Source: Thermoproteota archaeon (lineage in GTDB: Archaea > Korarchaeota > Korarchaeia > Korarchaeales > Korarchaeaceae). From it: 64,000 nucleotides of DNA. The position numbers and the translations under genes were made by a program. How positions within the stretch are numbered: position 1 is the stretch's first letter; each line of letters opens with the position of its first letter. The DNA is taken from NCBI GenBank assembly GCA_027492205.1, contig JAOZFN010000012.1, forward strand, positions 1 through 64,000, written 5' to 3'. Of the stretch, positions 56,560 through 64,000 are shown piece after piece. The notes below the pieces were generated by a model that saw nothing but the letters and a program-made list of their open reading frames with translations, was not told the DNA's origin and ran no database searches.

Positions 56560-57815
56560 TCACCCCCCGCCTCCAGTCTCCTCATCCCCCACACCAGGGG
56601 GAGCGCCGTGAACACCAGAAGGGCGCCCAGCGGGAAGAGGATCCTGTAGTTGCCGCCGAAGAGGTCTACCACCGCGCCGCCCAGGGTCCCGGCCAGCATG
56701 ACCGGGATGGACTTCGTGGCCTCGTAGACCCCGTAGTACCTGCCCGTGAACGCCTCCTTCTCGTACTCGGTGAGGAGGTCGCCCACAACCGGGTAGGAGG
56801 CGGCCATCAGCGCCCCCCAGCCGACCCCTCCCAGGAACAGGGCGGCCACTATCTCCCCCCTGGTGTGGACGAACCACCCCCAGGCCAGCGGGAGGGCGAA
56901 TATCAGGCCACCTATCACTATGCTGAGCCTCCTGCCCACCCTGTCGTAGACGTACCCTCCCGGGAGGGAGCCGAGGAGGACGGCGACGTTGAACAGGGCC
57001 ATCAGGTACAGCCCCAGGGGGGTGACGCTGTCCACGGCCTCCTTGGTGGCAGATCCGTGCAGTATGAAGGCCAGTATGCCGTAGAGGAAGATGGCCACGA
57101 ACTCGAAGCTCATCCACCACAGTATCTGGGCCACGTAGAATCTGAGGAAGTCCCTGTTGCCGAATATGCTAGCCAGGTACTCGCCGATACCCTCCTCCCC
57201 CTCCATCCCCGGCGGCTCGGGCTCCCTAACCTTCAGCACCGTGAAGACGGCGGCGCCGGCGAGAAATGCCGAGGCGATGGCGAACGGCCCGAAGTGGCCG
57301 GCCCCGTACTTCGCCGCCAGCACCCCGCCCACGCCGAACAGGAACAGGTTACCGGCCCACTCCCCGAGCGTGATGAACCCGCTCGCCTTCCCCCTCTGGC
57401 CCGACTCTATGGTGTCCGGCATGAGGGCCCTGAACTGAGCGGTGTAGACGTGCAGGGAGAGGTAGAGGAACCCGAGGGTCGCGGCGAATCCCCAGAGCGG
57501 GACGCCAAGCGCGTACGCCGTGTATATCGTGGCGGAGGCCACGCCCGCCAGGATGCCGCCCACCAAGATGAAGGGCCTCCGCCTGCCCATCCGAGAGCGG
57601 AGCGTGTCGCTGTAGTACCCCAGGAGGGGCGGCGCCGCCAGGCCGATTATGCCCTCCAGGGCGAGGATGGCCCCCTTCACGAACGCCGACTCGGTGTAGT
57701 GCGAGAGGAGCGGAAAGGAGAAGCCCTTGTTCAGGGCCCACCCAACGCTCCTGCTGAATCCAAGGATGGAAAGCCCCAGGATGACCCCCCAGTCGAACCT
57801 CCTCCCTCTTGTCAC
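56547..57815 (-). CDS. MFS transporter (SLC45/GPH sugar-porter-like)
   Basis: GYYSDTLRSRMGRRRPFI, ALMPD..QRGKA, GYVYDRVGRR. Confidence 0.88.
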   Translation of the reverse strand: MTRGRRFDWGVILGLSILGFSRSVGWALNKGFSFPLLSHYTESAFVKGAILALEGIIGLAAPPLLGYYSDTLRSRMGRRRPFILVGGILAGVASATIYTAYALGVPLWGFAATLGFLYLSLHVYTAQFRALMPDTIESGQRGKASGFITLGEWAGNLFLFGVGGVLAAKYGAGHFGPFAIASAFLAGAAVFTVLKVREPEPPGMEGEEGIGEYLASIFGNRDFLRFYVAQILWWMSFEFVAIFLYGILAFILHGSATKEAVDSVTPLGLYLMALFNVAVLLGSLPGGYVYDRVGRRLSIVIGGLIFALPLAWGWFVHTRGEIVAALFLGGVGWGALMAASYPVVGDLLTEYEKEAFTGRYYGVYEATKSIPVMLAGTLGGAVVDLFGGNYRILFPLGALLVFTALPLVWGMRRLEAGGEWAR

Positions 57816-57933
57816 GACAATCCCTCCGCGAAGGCGCGAGAGAGCCTGGCCGGTCGCGGGAGACGCGGCTTACTTATAACAGCCCCTCCGGCCCTCGGCC
57901 CCGTCGACGCCGCGGAAGGACCGGTGAGGTCAG

Positions 57934-59442
57934 ATGGGGGTCAGGGTGGTCGTGGTGGGCGCCGGAGTCGTGGGCGCCAGCGTGGCCAGGGTCCTCAGCA
58001 GGTACGAGGGGCTGGAGGTCCACCTCGTAGACGCCAACCCCGACGTGGGCTGGGGGGTGAGCAAGGCCAACACCGGCATAGTGCACGGCGGCTACGACGA
58101 CGACCCCGATCGCTTCCCGCTCAGGGCGGAGCTCTGCGCGCTCGGGAACGAGATCTGGCACAGGTGGGTCGAGGAGCTCGACGTCCCACACACCTGGAGC
58201 GGGGCGCTCGTGGTCGCCCTTGAGGGAGATCAGAGGAGGGAGCTGGAGTCGCTCCTGGAGAGGGGCAGGAGGAACGGCGTGCCGGAGTTGAGGATAGTCG
58301 AGCGGGAGGAGGCCCTGGCCATGGAGCCCAACCTGACCCAAGAAGTCGAGGCGGCGCTCTGGGCCCCCACGGTTGGGCAGATCCACCCGGTTCGTGCGAC
58401 GGTGGCCATCGTGGAGAACGCCGTGGACAACGGGGTCAGGGTCCACCTGGAGACCGAGGTGAGGGGCGTCAAGGTGGAGGGAGGGGAGGTCAGGGGGCTG
58501 GAGACATCCCGCGGATTCCTGGAGGCCGACGTCGTGGTCAACGCCGCGGGCCTCAGGGCCGACGAGCTCGCGGACATGGCCGGGGTTGAGTTCCCGAGGA
58601 TCAGGCCGAGGAGGGGAGAGTACTGGATATTCGACCGCTCCGCCGGGCCCAAGCCGAGGCGGGTCCTGTTCCCCACACCCACTCCGACCAGCAAGGGGGT
58701 GGTCGTGACGACGGAGGTGAGCGGGCACCTCATGATAGGCCCGAACGCAGAGGACCTCCCTCCGGACGCCAAGGGCGACGTGGGGAACACGGCGAAGGGA
58801 CTGGAGGAGGTATGGGAGAGGGCCGGGGAGCTCTGGCCCAGGCTGCCGCCCAGGAGGCTGGTCATAAGGACCTTCGCAGGGCTGAGGCCTGAGCCGGAGG
58901 GCGGGGACTTCGTGGTTGGTAATACGGAGGTCTGGGGGTTCGTGAACGCCGCGGGAACCAGGTCGCCAGGGCTCACGGCGGCCCCGGCCATCGCCCTGAG
59001 GGTGAGGGACGCGCTTGTCGAGCTCGGGATCGAGCTCAGGGAGAAGGGCGAGTGGAAGGCCACGAGGAGGGACATCGAGTCCACCATCGACCTGGGATGG
59101 CGGGAGAGGGTCGAGAGGGCCAGAGATGACCCGCTCAGGGGCAGGGTGGTCTGCAGGTGCAACCTCGTCACCGAGCGCGAGGTGCTGGAGGCGATCGAGA
59201 GGATGCGGGCGGTGGGCGTGAGGACCCCGAGCATCGACTCGGTGAAGTTCAGGACCGGGGCGACCTCGGGCACCTGCCAGGGGAGCTTCTGCAGGGTCAG
59301 GCTCGTCGAGCTCCTGGCCAGGGAGTTCGGCGTTCCCCCGTGGGGGGTCACGCTGAAGGGGAGGGGGAGCGAGGTGGGCGTCGGTGACGTGAAGGTCCTC
59401 CTCAGGGGGGCGAGCACGGGGGGTGAGGGGAGTGAGGAGTAG
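57934..59442 (+). CDS. FAD-dependent glycerol-3-phosphate dehydrogenase-like oxidoreductase with C-terminal BFD-like [2Fe-2S] domain
   Basis: VVGAGVVG, SKANTGIVHGG, INAAG-type VNAAG, SPGLTAAPAI, VCRC...VKFRT...GTCQGSFC. Confidence 0.85.
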   Translation: MGVRVVVVGAGVVGASVARVLSRYEGLEVHLVDANPDVGWGVSKANTGIVHGGYDDDPDRFPLRAELCALGNEIWHRWVEELDVPHTWSGALVVALEGDQRRELESLLERGRRNGVPELRIVEREEALAMEPNLTQEVEAALWAPTVGQIHPVRATVAIVENAVDNGVRVHLETEVRGVKVEGGEVRGLETSRGFLEADVVVNAAGLRADELADMAGVEFPRIRPRRGEYWIFDRSAGPKPRRVLFPTPTPTSKGVVVTTEVSGHLMIGPNAEDLPPDAKGDVGNTAKGLEEVWERAGELWPRLPPRRLVIRTFAGLRPEPEGGDFVVGNTEVWGFVNAAGTRSPGLTAAPAIALRVRDALVELGIELREKGEWKATRRDIESTIDLGWRERVERARDDPLRGRVVCRCNLVTEREVLEAIERMRAVGVRTPSIDSVKFRTGATSGTCQGSFCRVRLVELLAREFGVPPWGVTLKGRGSEVGVGDVKVLLRGASTGGEGSEE

Positions 59443-60706
59443 GGTCGAGGGGCGCAGGGACGTCGTGGTCGTCGGGGGCGGGCCGGCCGGGATGGCCGCC
59501 GCTGCCAGGGCCGCCGAGATGGGCCTAGACGTGCTGCTGGTGGATGAAGGAAGGAGGCTCGGCGGCATACTGCCGCAGTGCATCCACCCGGGGTTCGGCG
59601 TCCACTACCTGGGAGAGGAGCTCACCGGGCCCGAGTTCGCCCAGAGGCTGGCATCTCGCGTGGAGGACGCCGGCGTAGACTTACTGCTGGATGCGCACGT
59701 GCCGGAGGTCAGGTGGATCTCCCACGCGGAGAAGGGCGTGCGCGTGCTCTCCCCAGGCTTCTCGGGGGAGGTGAGGACCGGGGCGGTGATCTACGCCGCC
59801 GGGGCTAGGGAGAGGCACCGCTTCGAGATCGGGATCCTTGGGGACAGGGTGGCCGGGGTCTACACGGCCGGAGAGGCCCAGACGATGATGGACGTGTACG
59901 GTATCCTGCCGGGAAGGAGGGTGCTCGTCGTCGGCTCCGGCGACGTGGGGATGATCGTGGCAAGGAGGTTCGCCCTGGAGGGGGCCGAGGTGGTTGGAGT
60001 CGTCGAGATAATGCCCTACCCTGGCGGGCTCACGAGGAATGTGGTCCAGTGCCTGGAGGACTTCGACATCCCCCTCCTGCTGAGCCACAGGGTCGTCGCG
60101 GTCAGGGGGAGGGGGAGGGGGAGGGTGGAGAGGGCCGTCCTGGTGAGAGTTGACGAGGGGCTGAGAGACGTTCCCGGGACCGAGACGGAGGTGGAGTGCG
60201 ACACGGTGGTCGTGTCGGCCGGGCTGGTACCAAGGATGGAGGTCCTGCGAGAGCTGGGGGCGCTGATCGATCAAGCGACGGGAGGCCCGATGGTCAACGA
60301 CAGGCTGGAGACCACGGTACCGGGAGTCTTCGCCGCGGGGAACGCCCTCGTGATAAACGATCTGGTGGATCACGCCGCCGAGCAGGGCGAGCAGGCCGCC
60401 GAGGGGGCGGCCGAGTTCCTGAGGAGAGGGGGAATCCCTGCGACCGACTGGGTGAAGCTGAGGCCGGGCGAGGGAGTCAAGCTGACGGTACCTCAACTCC
60501 TCAGCGGGGAGAGGGACGTCTGGGTCTACTTGAGGGTCGCCAGGCCCGTCAGGAACGCGAGACTAAGCCTCAGGGGAGCGGGCAAGGAGGTCAGGCTCCC
60601 GGTGGTCAGGCCGGCGGAAATGGTCAGGGTCAAGCTCATGGCCGGGGAGGTCAGGCGGGCTAAGGTCGGGGGCCGGGAGGTCGTTGCGGAGGTGTACGGA
60701 GGTTGA
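59423..60706 (+). CDS. FAD/NAD(P)-dependent oxidoreductase partner subunit
   Basis: GGGPAG, GGILPQCIH.GFG, LTGPE, GSGDVG, GGLTRNVVQCLED, FAAGN. Confidence 0.88.
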   Translation: MRGVRSRVEGRRDVVVVGGGPAGMAAAARAAEMGLDVLLVDEGRRLGGILPQCIHPGFGVHYLGEELTGPEFAQRLASRVEDAGVDLLLDAHVPEVRWISHAEKGVRVLSPGFSGEVRTGAVIYAAGARERHRFEIGILGDRVAGVYTAGEAQTMMDVYGILPGRRVLVVGSGDVGMIVARRFALEGAEVVGVVEIMPYPGGLTRNVVQCLEDFDIPLLLSHRVVAVRGRGRGRVERAVLVRVDEGLRDVPGTETEVECDTVVVSAGLVPRMEVLRELGALIDQATGGPMVNDRLETTVPGVFAAGNALVINDLVDHAAEQGEQAAEGAAEFLRRGGIPATDWVKLRPGEGVKLTVPQLLSGERDVWVYLRVARPVRNARLSLRGAGKEVRLPVVRPAEMVRVKLMAGEVRRAKVGGREVVAEVYGG

Positions 60707-61116
60707 AGGATCGAAGGGAGGTCAGGAGGCTGACCTGCATCGTCTGCCCCCTGGGCTGCGAGATTGAGGTTCTGCTGGACCGCGGCCCGGGCGGAGATGT
60801 GAGGGTGCTCGAGGTTGAGGGGGCCGCTTGCCCCAGGGGGAGGGAGTGGGCCGCTCGGGAGGTGACAGACCCCAAGAGGGTCGTGATCACCGTGGTGCCG
60901 GTGAGGGGCGGAGACCCGCCGACCGTGAGCGTGAAGACGGACAGGCCGATCCCCAAGTCCAGGATCCCGGAGTTCATGAGGGCCCTGGCCGGGCTGGAGG
61001 TGGAGGCGCCCGTGAGGGTGGGTCAGGTCCTCGCCAGTGGGGTGCTCGACCTGGCGAACGTGGTGGCGACCAGGGAGTCAAGATCGATGGGGAGAAGTCT
61101 CGGAGAGAGGCCGTGA
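60703..61116 (+). CDS. DUF1667-family CxxC protein (third subunit of the G3PDH block)
   Basis: TCIVCPLGC, G.ACPRG..WA..E..DPKR, VSVKT..PIPK, APV..G.V. Confidence 0.85.
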   Translation: MKDRREVRRLTCIVCPLGCEIEVLLDRGPGGDVRVLEVEGAACPRGREWAAREVTDPKRVVITVVPVRGGDPPTVSVKTDRPIPKSRIPEFMRALAGLEVEAPVRVGQVLASGVLDLANVVATRESRSMGRSLGERP

Positions 61117-61300
61117 GGTCCCCTGCGGCCTACCACCTACCCTACCCCACGAACGGGGAACCGGGAGTATGGGGATCACGATTCCCGATATAGGGGAAGT
61201 AGCCCAGGCCGGATGGGCATCCGTGCTCTGGAGGCCCCCTCCCGCCATATCCAGACAAGGGTTCAACGCGTCGGCGGTCTTCGGCGTCTCAGTGAGCACG

Positions 61301-61316
61301 TCAGTACGAACCTGCG
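61301..61316 (+). promoter_or_regulatory. Conserved upstream motif, copy 1 (TCAGTACGAAcCTGCG)
   Basis: 15/16 identical to 61575-61590; begins exactly 70 nt before the ATG of precursor 1. Confidence 0.7.
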
Positions 61317-61370
61317 AGAAACCGTGTTATCAACGGGGGAGGATCCCCGCGCAGGTCCGGGTGGTTGAGC

Positions 61371-61487
61371 ATGGCCGTACTCTCCGCGTTCTTCGGGCTC
61401 GGCGCGGAGGACCTCAGAGCCTCCGTGACCGTCGCATCCTGCTCGGCCTGCTGCCTGGCGGGCGGAGGGGGGACCCTCATCGCCTAG
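61371..61487 (+). CDS. Putative RiPP precursor peptide 1 (38 aa) MAVLSAFFGLGAEDLRASVTVASCSACCLAGGGGTLIA
   Basis: Translated by hand (below the ORF-track cutoff); ATG after GGGTGG; ungapped paralog of precursor 2. Confidence 0.8.
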   Translation: MAVLSAFFGLGAEDLRASVTVASCSACCLAGGGGTLIA

Positions 61488-61503
61488 GCCCCCCACCTGC
61501 CAC

Positions 61504-61529
61504 TTTTTTCTCGATAAATCCGCTTTTTT
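61504..61529 (+). terminator. Oligo-T terminator tracts after precursor 1
   Basis: TTTTTT at 61504-61509 and 61524-61529, starting 17 nt after the stop. Confidence 0.55.
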
Positions 61530-61574
61530 CAGCCAATAGAGTAAGATCCGACTATGTATGGATATGTTATCACC

Positions 61575-61590
61575 TCAGTACGAATCTGCG
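61575..61590 (+). promoter_or_regulatory. Conserved upstream motif, copy 2 (TCAGTACGAAtCTGCG), followed by TATA-like ATTTTTA
   Basis: Begins exactly 70 nt before the ATG of precursor 2. Confidence 0.7.
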
Positions 61591-61644
61591 GATCATGATT
61601 TTTACTTCATACTGGCCGGAGCCTCAGCCCAAGGGGTGAGGTGT

Positions 61645-61764
61645 ATGGCGAGCGTGCTGGGCGAGTGGAGGGATGTGAGCGCCGCCGACATCGGCGACGG
61701 CGTGACGGCCTGGCCTTGCGCCTTCTGCTGCCTCCTGGCGGGAGGGGGCACCCTAATCACCTGA
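61645..61764 (+). CDS. Putative RiPP precursor peptide 2 (39 aa) MASVLGEWRDVSAADIGDGVTAWPCAFCCLLAGGGTLIT
   Basis: Strong SD GGGGTGAGGTG; directly upstream of the rSAM/SPASM gene; CxxCC core shared with precursor 1. Confidence 0.85.
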   Translation: MASVLGEWRDVSAADIGDGVTAWPCAFCCLLAGGGTLIT

Positions 61765-61781
61765 GGGTCCCTCTCTCCTCA

Positions 61782-61787
61782 TTTTTT
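61782..61787 (+). terminator. Oligo-T terminator/attenuator between precursor 2 and the maturase
   Basis: Pyrimidine run then TTTTTT, 18 nt after the stop. Confidence 0.5.
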
Positions 61788-61801
61788 GGGCGTGAACGGG
61801 G

Positions 61802-63210
61802 GTGTTCGGCGTGTCTAGGCCGGTCCTGAAGCCATTCGTCGGGATCAGGAGAGAGGATTTCGGGGTGATCCTCTACAGAGGAGGCTCCGACCAGATTCAG
61901 GCGGTCCACCCAGTCGCCGCGTACGTGCTCACCCTCATGGACGGGAGGAGGACTTTGAGGGAGATCTCAGAGGCCTTGGCGAGGGAGCTCGGCAGGGGCG
62001 TTGGGGACGCCACGGAGATAGTCGAGGTCGTGCTGGACAGGTACGCCGACTACGTCGACCTCGAGGGCTCCCACGTGAAGGACTTGCCGAGCCCGGAGGA
62101 GCTGCTCGAAGGAGTACCTGCTGAGATCCCCCCGGAGGAGGCCCTCCACGGCAGGCTCAGCGCCCCGACGGGCTTCGGCTACATCGTGACCCACGCCTGC
62201 CCCAACAGGTGCAGGTACTGCTACGCCGCCGCCTGGAGGAGGGCGAGGCTCGAGGACGACCTCGTTCCGCTGGACGTCATCCTCAGGACCGTGGACGAGG
62301 CGGCGGATGTCGGGGTCAAGACGATCCTGATGACCGGCGGCGAGCCGTTCATGAGGCCCGACCTGGTGGACATAGCCGAGAGGGCCCTGAAGAGGGACAT
62401 CTTCGTCTACATACCAACCAAGTCGCTGATAACGGAAGAGAAGGCCAGGAGGCTCAGCGAGGCCGGCTTGGGCTGGATCCAGGTGAGCATAGACTCGCCA
62501 AATCCGGAGACCGAGGACTTCCTCGTGGGGCCCGGGGCCCACGCGAGGCTGACGACCACGGTCAGGAACCTGGTCAGGCACGGGATCGACGTGAGGGTCA
62601 ACTCCGTCGTCACCTCGTACAACGTCGGGGAGGTTCCGAGGCTGATCGAGTGGCTCTACGAGATGGGGGTCAGCAGGATCTCCCTCTCACCGTATCAGTC
62701 CCCCCACGACAGGGTCGACGACGACCTCTTCCCCTCGGTGGGGGACTACGCCTGGCTGCTGGACAGGATCAAGGAGCTGCCGAGGCACCTGAGGGACGCG
62801 CTCGACCCGGCCGGAATACGGGCGATAGAGAACGCCGTGAGGGTCAACGAAGACGAGCTGGAGGATGTGGTGGCCCTGAGAAAGTGCTCCGCGGGAAGGA
62901 GTTCCCTCGTCATACTGCCGGACGCAGGGTTTCGTTCTGCGAGAGGGTGGCGCTGGACGAGAGGTTCGTCGTGGGAGACCTGAGGAAGCAGTCTCTCATG
63001 GATATATGGAGGTCGGAGAGGCTGGAGAGGCTGGTGTATCCACCGAGGGAGCTGTTCTCCGGCACGGCGTGCCACGACTGCCCCGTCTTCGACGAGTGCA
63101 CCAGGCTGGGGAAGAGGTGCTACGTGAGGGCCATGGACGCCTACGGGGAGCCCTTCGCCCCGGACCCGATATGCCCGGCCGCGCCGCGGGTGGAGGGCAG
63201 GTTCGTGTGA
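61802..63210 (+). CDS. RRE(PqqD)-radical SAM-SPASM peptide maturase; single-base frameshift at ~62924
   Basis: PqqD-like VAAYVLTLMDGRRTLREI; CPNRCRYC; TGGEP; QVSIDS; SPASM CSAG..LPD[G]RVSFCE..VGDLRKQSLMDIW..CHDC..EC..RC..DPICP split across ORFs 61802..62983 and 62209..63210. Confidence 0.9.
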
Positions 63211-63225
63211 CGGGGGGTGGGTGAG

Positions 63226-64000
63226 GTGGCGTCGGGCGTCGCGCGCGACGCGGTGATCGCCGAGAACCTGGTCAAGTACTACGGAGACTTCAAGGCGCTC
63301 GACGGCGTCTCTCTGAGGGTCGAGAGGGGAGAGGTCGTGGCCCTGCTGGGCCCCAACGGGGCTGGGAAGACCACCACCATCGGCATACTCTGCGGCCTCA
63401 TGTCCGCGGACGCCGGCAGGGCCTTCGTCCTCGGGGTCCCGTCGACCGACAAGGATGGGGTGAGCAGGCTGATCTCCTACGCCCCGCAGGAGACGGCCCT
63501 TGACTACCTGATGAGCGTGGAGGACAACCTGAGGTTCATCGGCTGGCTGAGGGGGCTTAGGGGCGGGCGGCTCAGGGAGCGGATCGAGCGGGCACTGAGA
63601 GAGTTCGGCCTCCTCGAGAAGAGGGGGGTCCCGGTCATAGCCCTCTCGGGTGGGCTGATGAGGAGGGTCCAGCTGGCCGGGGCCCTCATGCTGGAGCGGG
63701 AGGTGCTGGTGCTGGACGAGCCCACCCTCGGGCTTGACCCCATGGGCAAGATGACGGTCTGGCAGATGGTCAGGGAGAGGGCCAGGAGGGGGGCGGCCGT
63801 GCTGGTCGCCACCAACGACATGCACGAGGCCGAGGTGCTCGCGGACAGGATAGCCTTCCTAAACAGGGGCAGGATCGTCGCCTTCGACACGGCCGACAGG
63901 CTCAAGGCCCTGTCCGGTAGCTCCTACCTGAGGCTGCGGCTGGAGCCCGGCTGGGAAGACCTGGTCAGTCCGCCCCGGGGGTCGAGGGTCCTCGGGGACG
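63226..64000 (+). CDS. ABC transporter ATP-binding protein (DrrA/export type), 3' truncated by window
   Basis: Read by hand: ENLVKYYGDFKALDG, GPNGAGKTT, APQE, LSGG, LDEPTLGLDP; no stop before the window end. Confidence 0.9.
   Translation, partial: MASGVARDAVIAENLVKYYGDFKALDGVSLRVERGEVVALLGPNGAGKTTTIGILCGLMSADAGRAFVLGVPSTDKDGVSRLISYAPQETALDYLMSVEDNLRFIGWLRGLRGGRLRERIERALREFGLLEKRGVPVIALSGGLMRRVQLAGALMLEREVLVLDEPTLGLDPMGKMTVWQMVRERARRGAAVLVATNDMHEAEVLADRIAFLNRGRIVAFDTADRLKALSGSSYLRLRLEPGWEDLVSPPRGSRVLGD

Noticed and set aside
61558-61644. 68-aa version of precursor 2 starting at 61558
   Set aside because: The extension covers the promoter motif; the SD and alignment with precursor 1 place the start at 61645
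61709-61735. Triceptide/cyclophane (W-x-x, F-x-x) chemistry for the precursor
   Set aside because: Trp/Phe are absent from the paralogous core whereas the three Cys are invariant; not excluded but disfavoured
1-64000. CRISPR arrays, rRNA genes, IS transposases
   Set aside because: No regularly spaced repeats, rRNA signatures or transposase motifs recognised by eye

Overview
High-GC (roughly two-thirds G+C, estimated by eye) chromosomal segment of a hyperthermophilic archaeon. Supporting markers are reverse gyrase, G1P dehydrogenase egsA, ABCE1, XerA, archaeal-type GluRS/MetRS and a BHB-intron tRNA-Tyr; a TACK/Korarchaeota-like lineage is a guess. Positions 1-49.4 kb are mostly core/metabolic genes, including iorAB-acdA, a NatAB-like ABC pair, a KaiC/V4R/DUF835 signalling module, an orphan HisD homolog with substituted catalytic residues and an RNase HIII-like gene. 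After tRNA-Asp (49.4 kb) the content turns accessory: an MFS transporter, a two-barrel secreted glycoside hydrolase, a frameshifted pilin and a Thermococcales-like lipase/MFS/glycerol-3-P dehydrogenase block. The top candidate novel system is at 61.3-64 kb: an archaeal RiPP-like cluster with TWO tandem paralogous precursor peptides (38 and 39 aa; shared core VTxxxCxxCCLxxGGGTLI; the first is missing from the ORF track). Each precursor has the same 16-bp motif exactly 70 nt before its ATG and a T6 tract after its stop. They are followed by an RRE(PqqD)-radical SAM-SPASM maturase (one-base frameshift in this sequence) and an ABC ATPase that runs off the window. No CRISPR array, rRNA or transposase was seen. 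All family calls are from motif recognition, not database searches.
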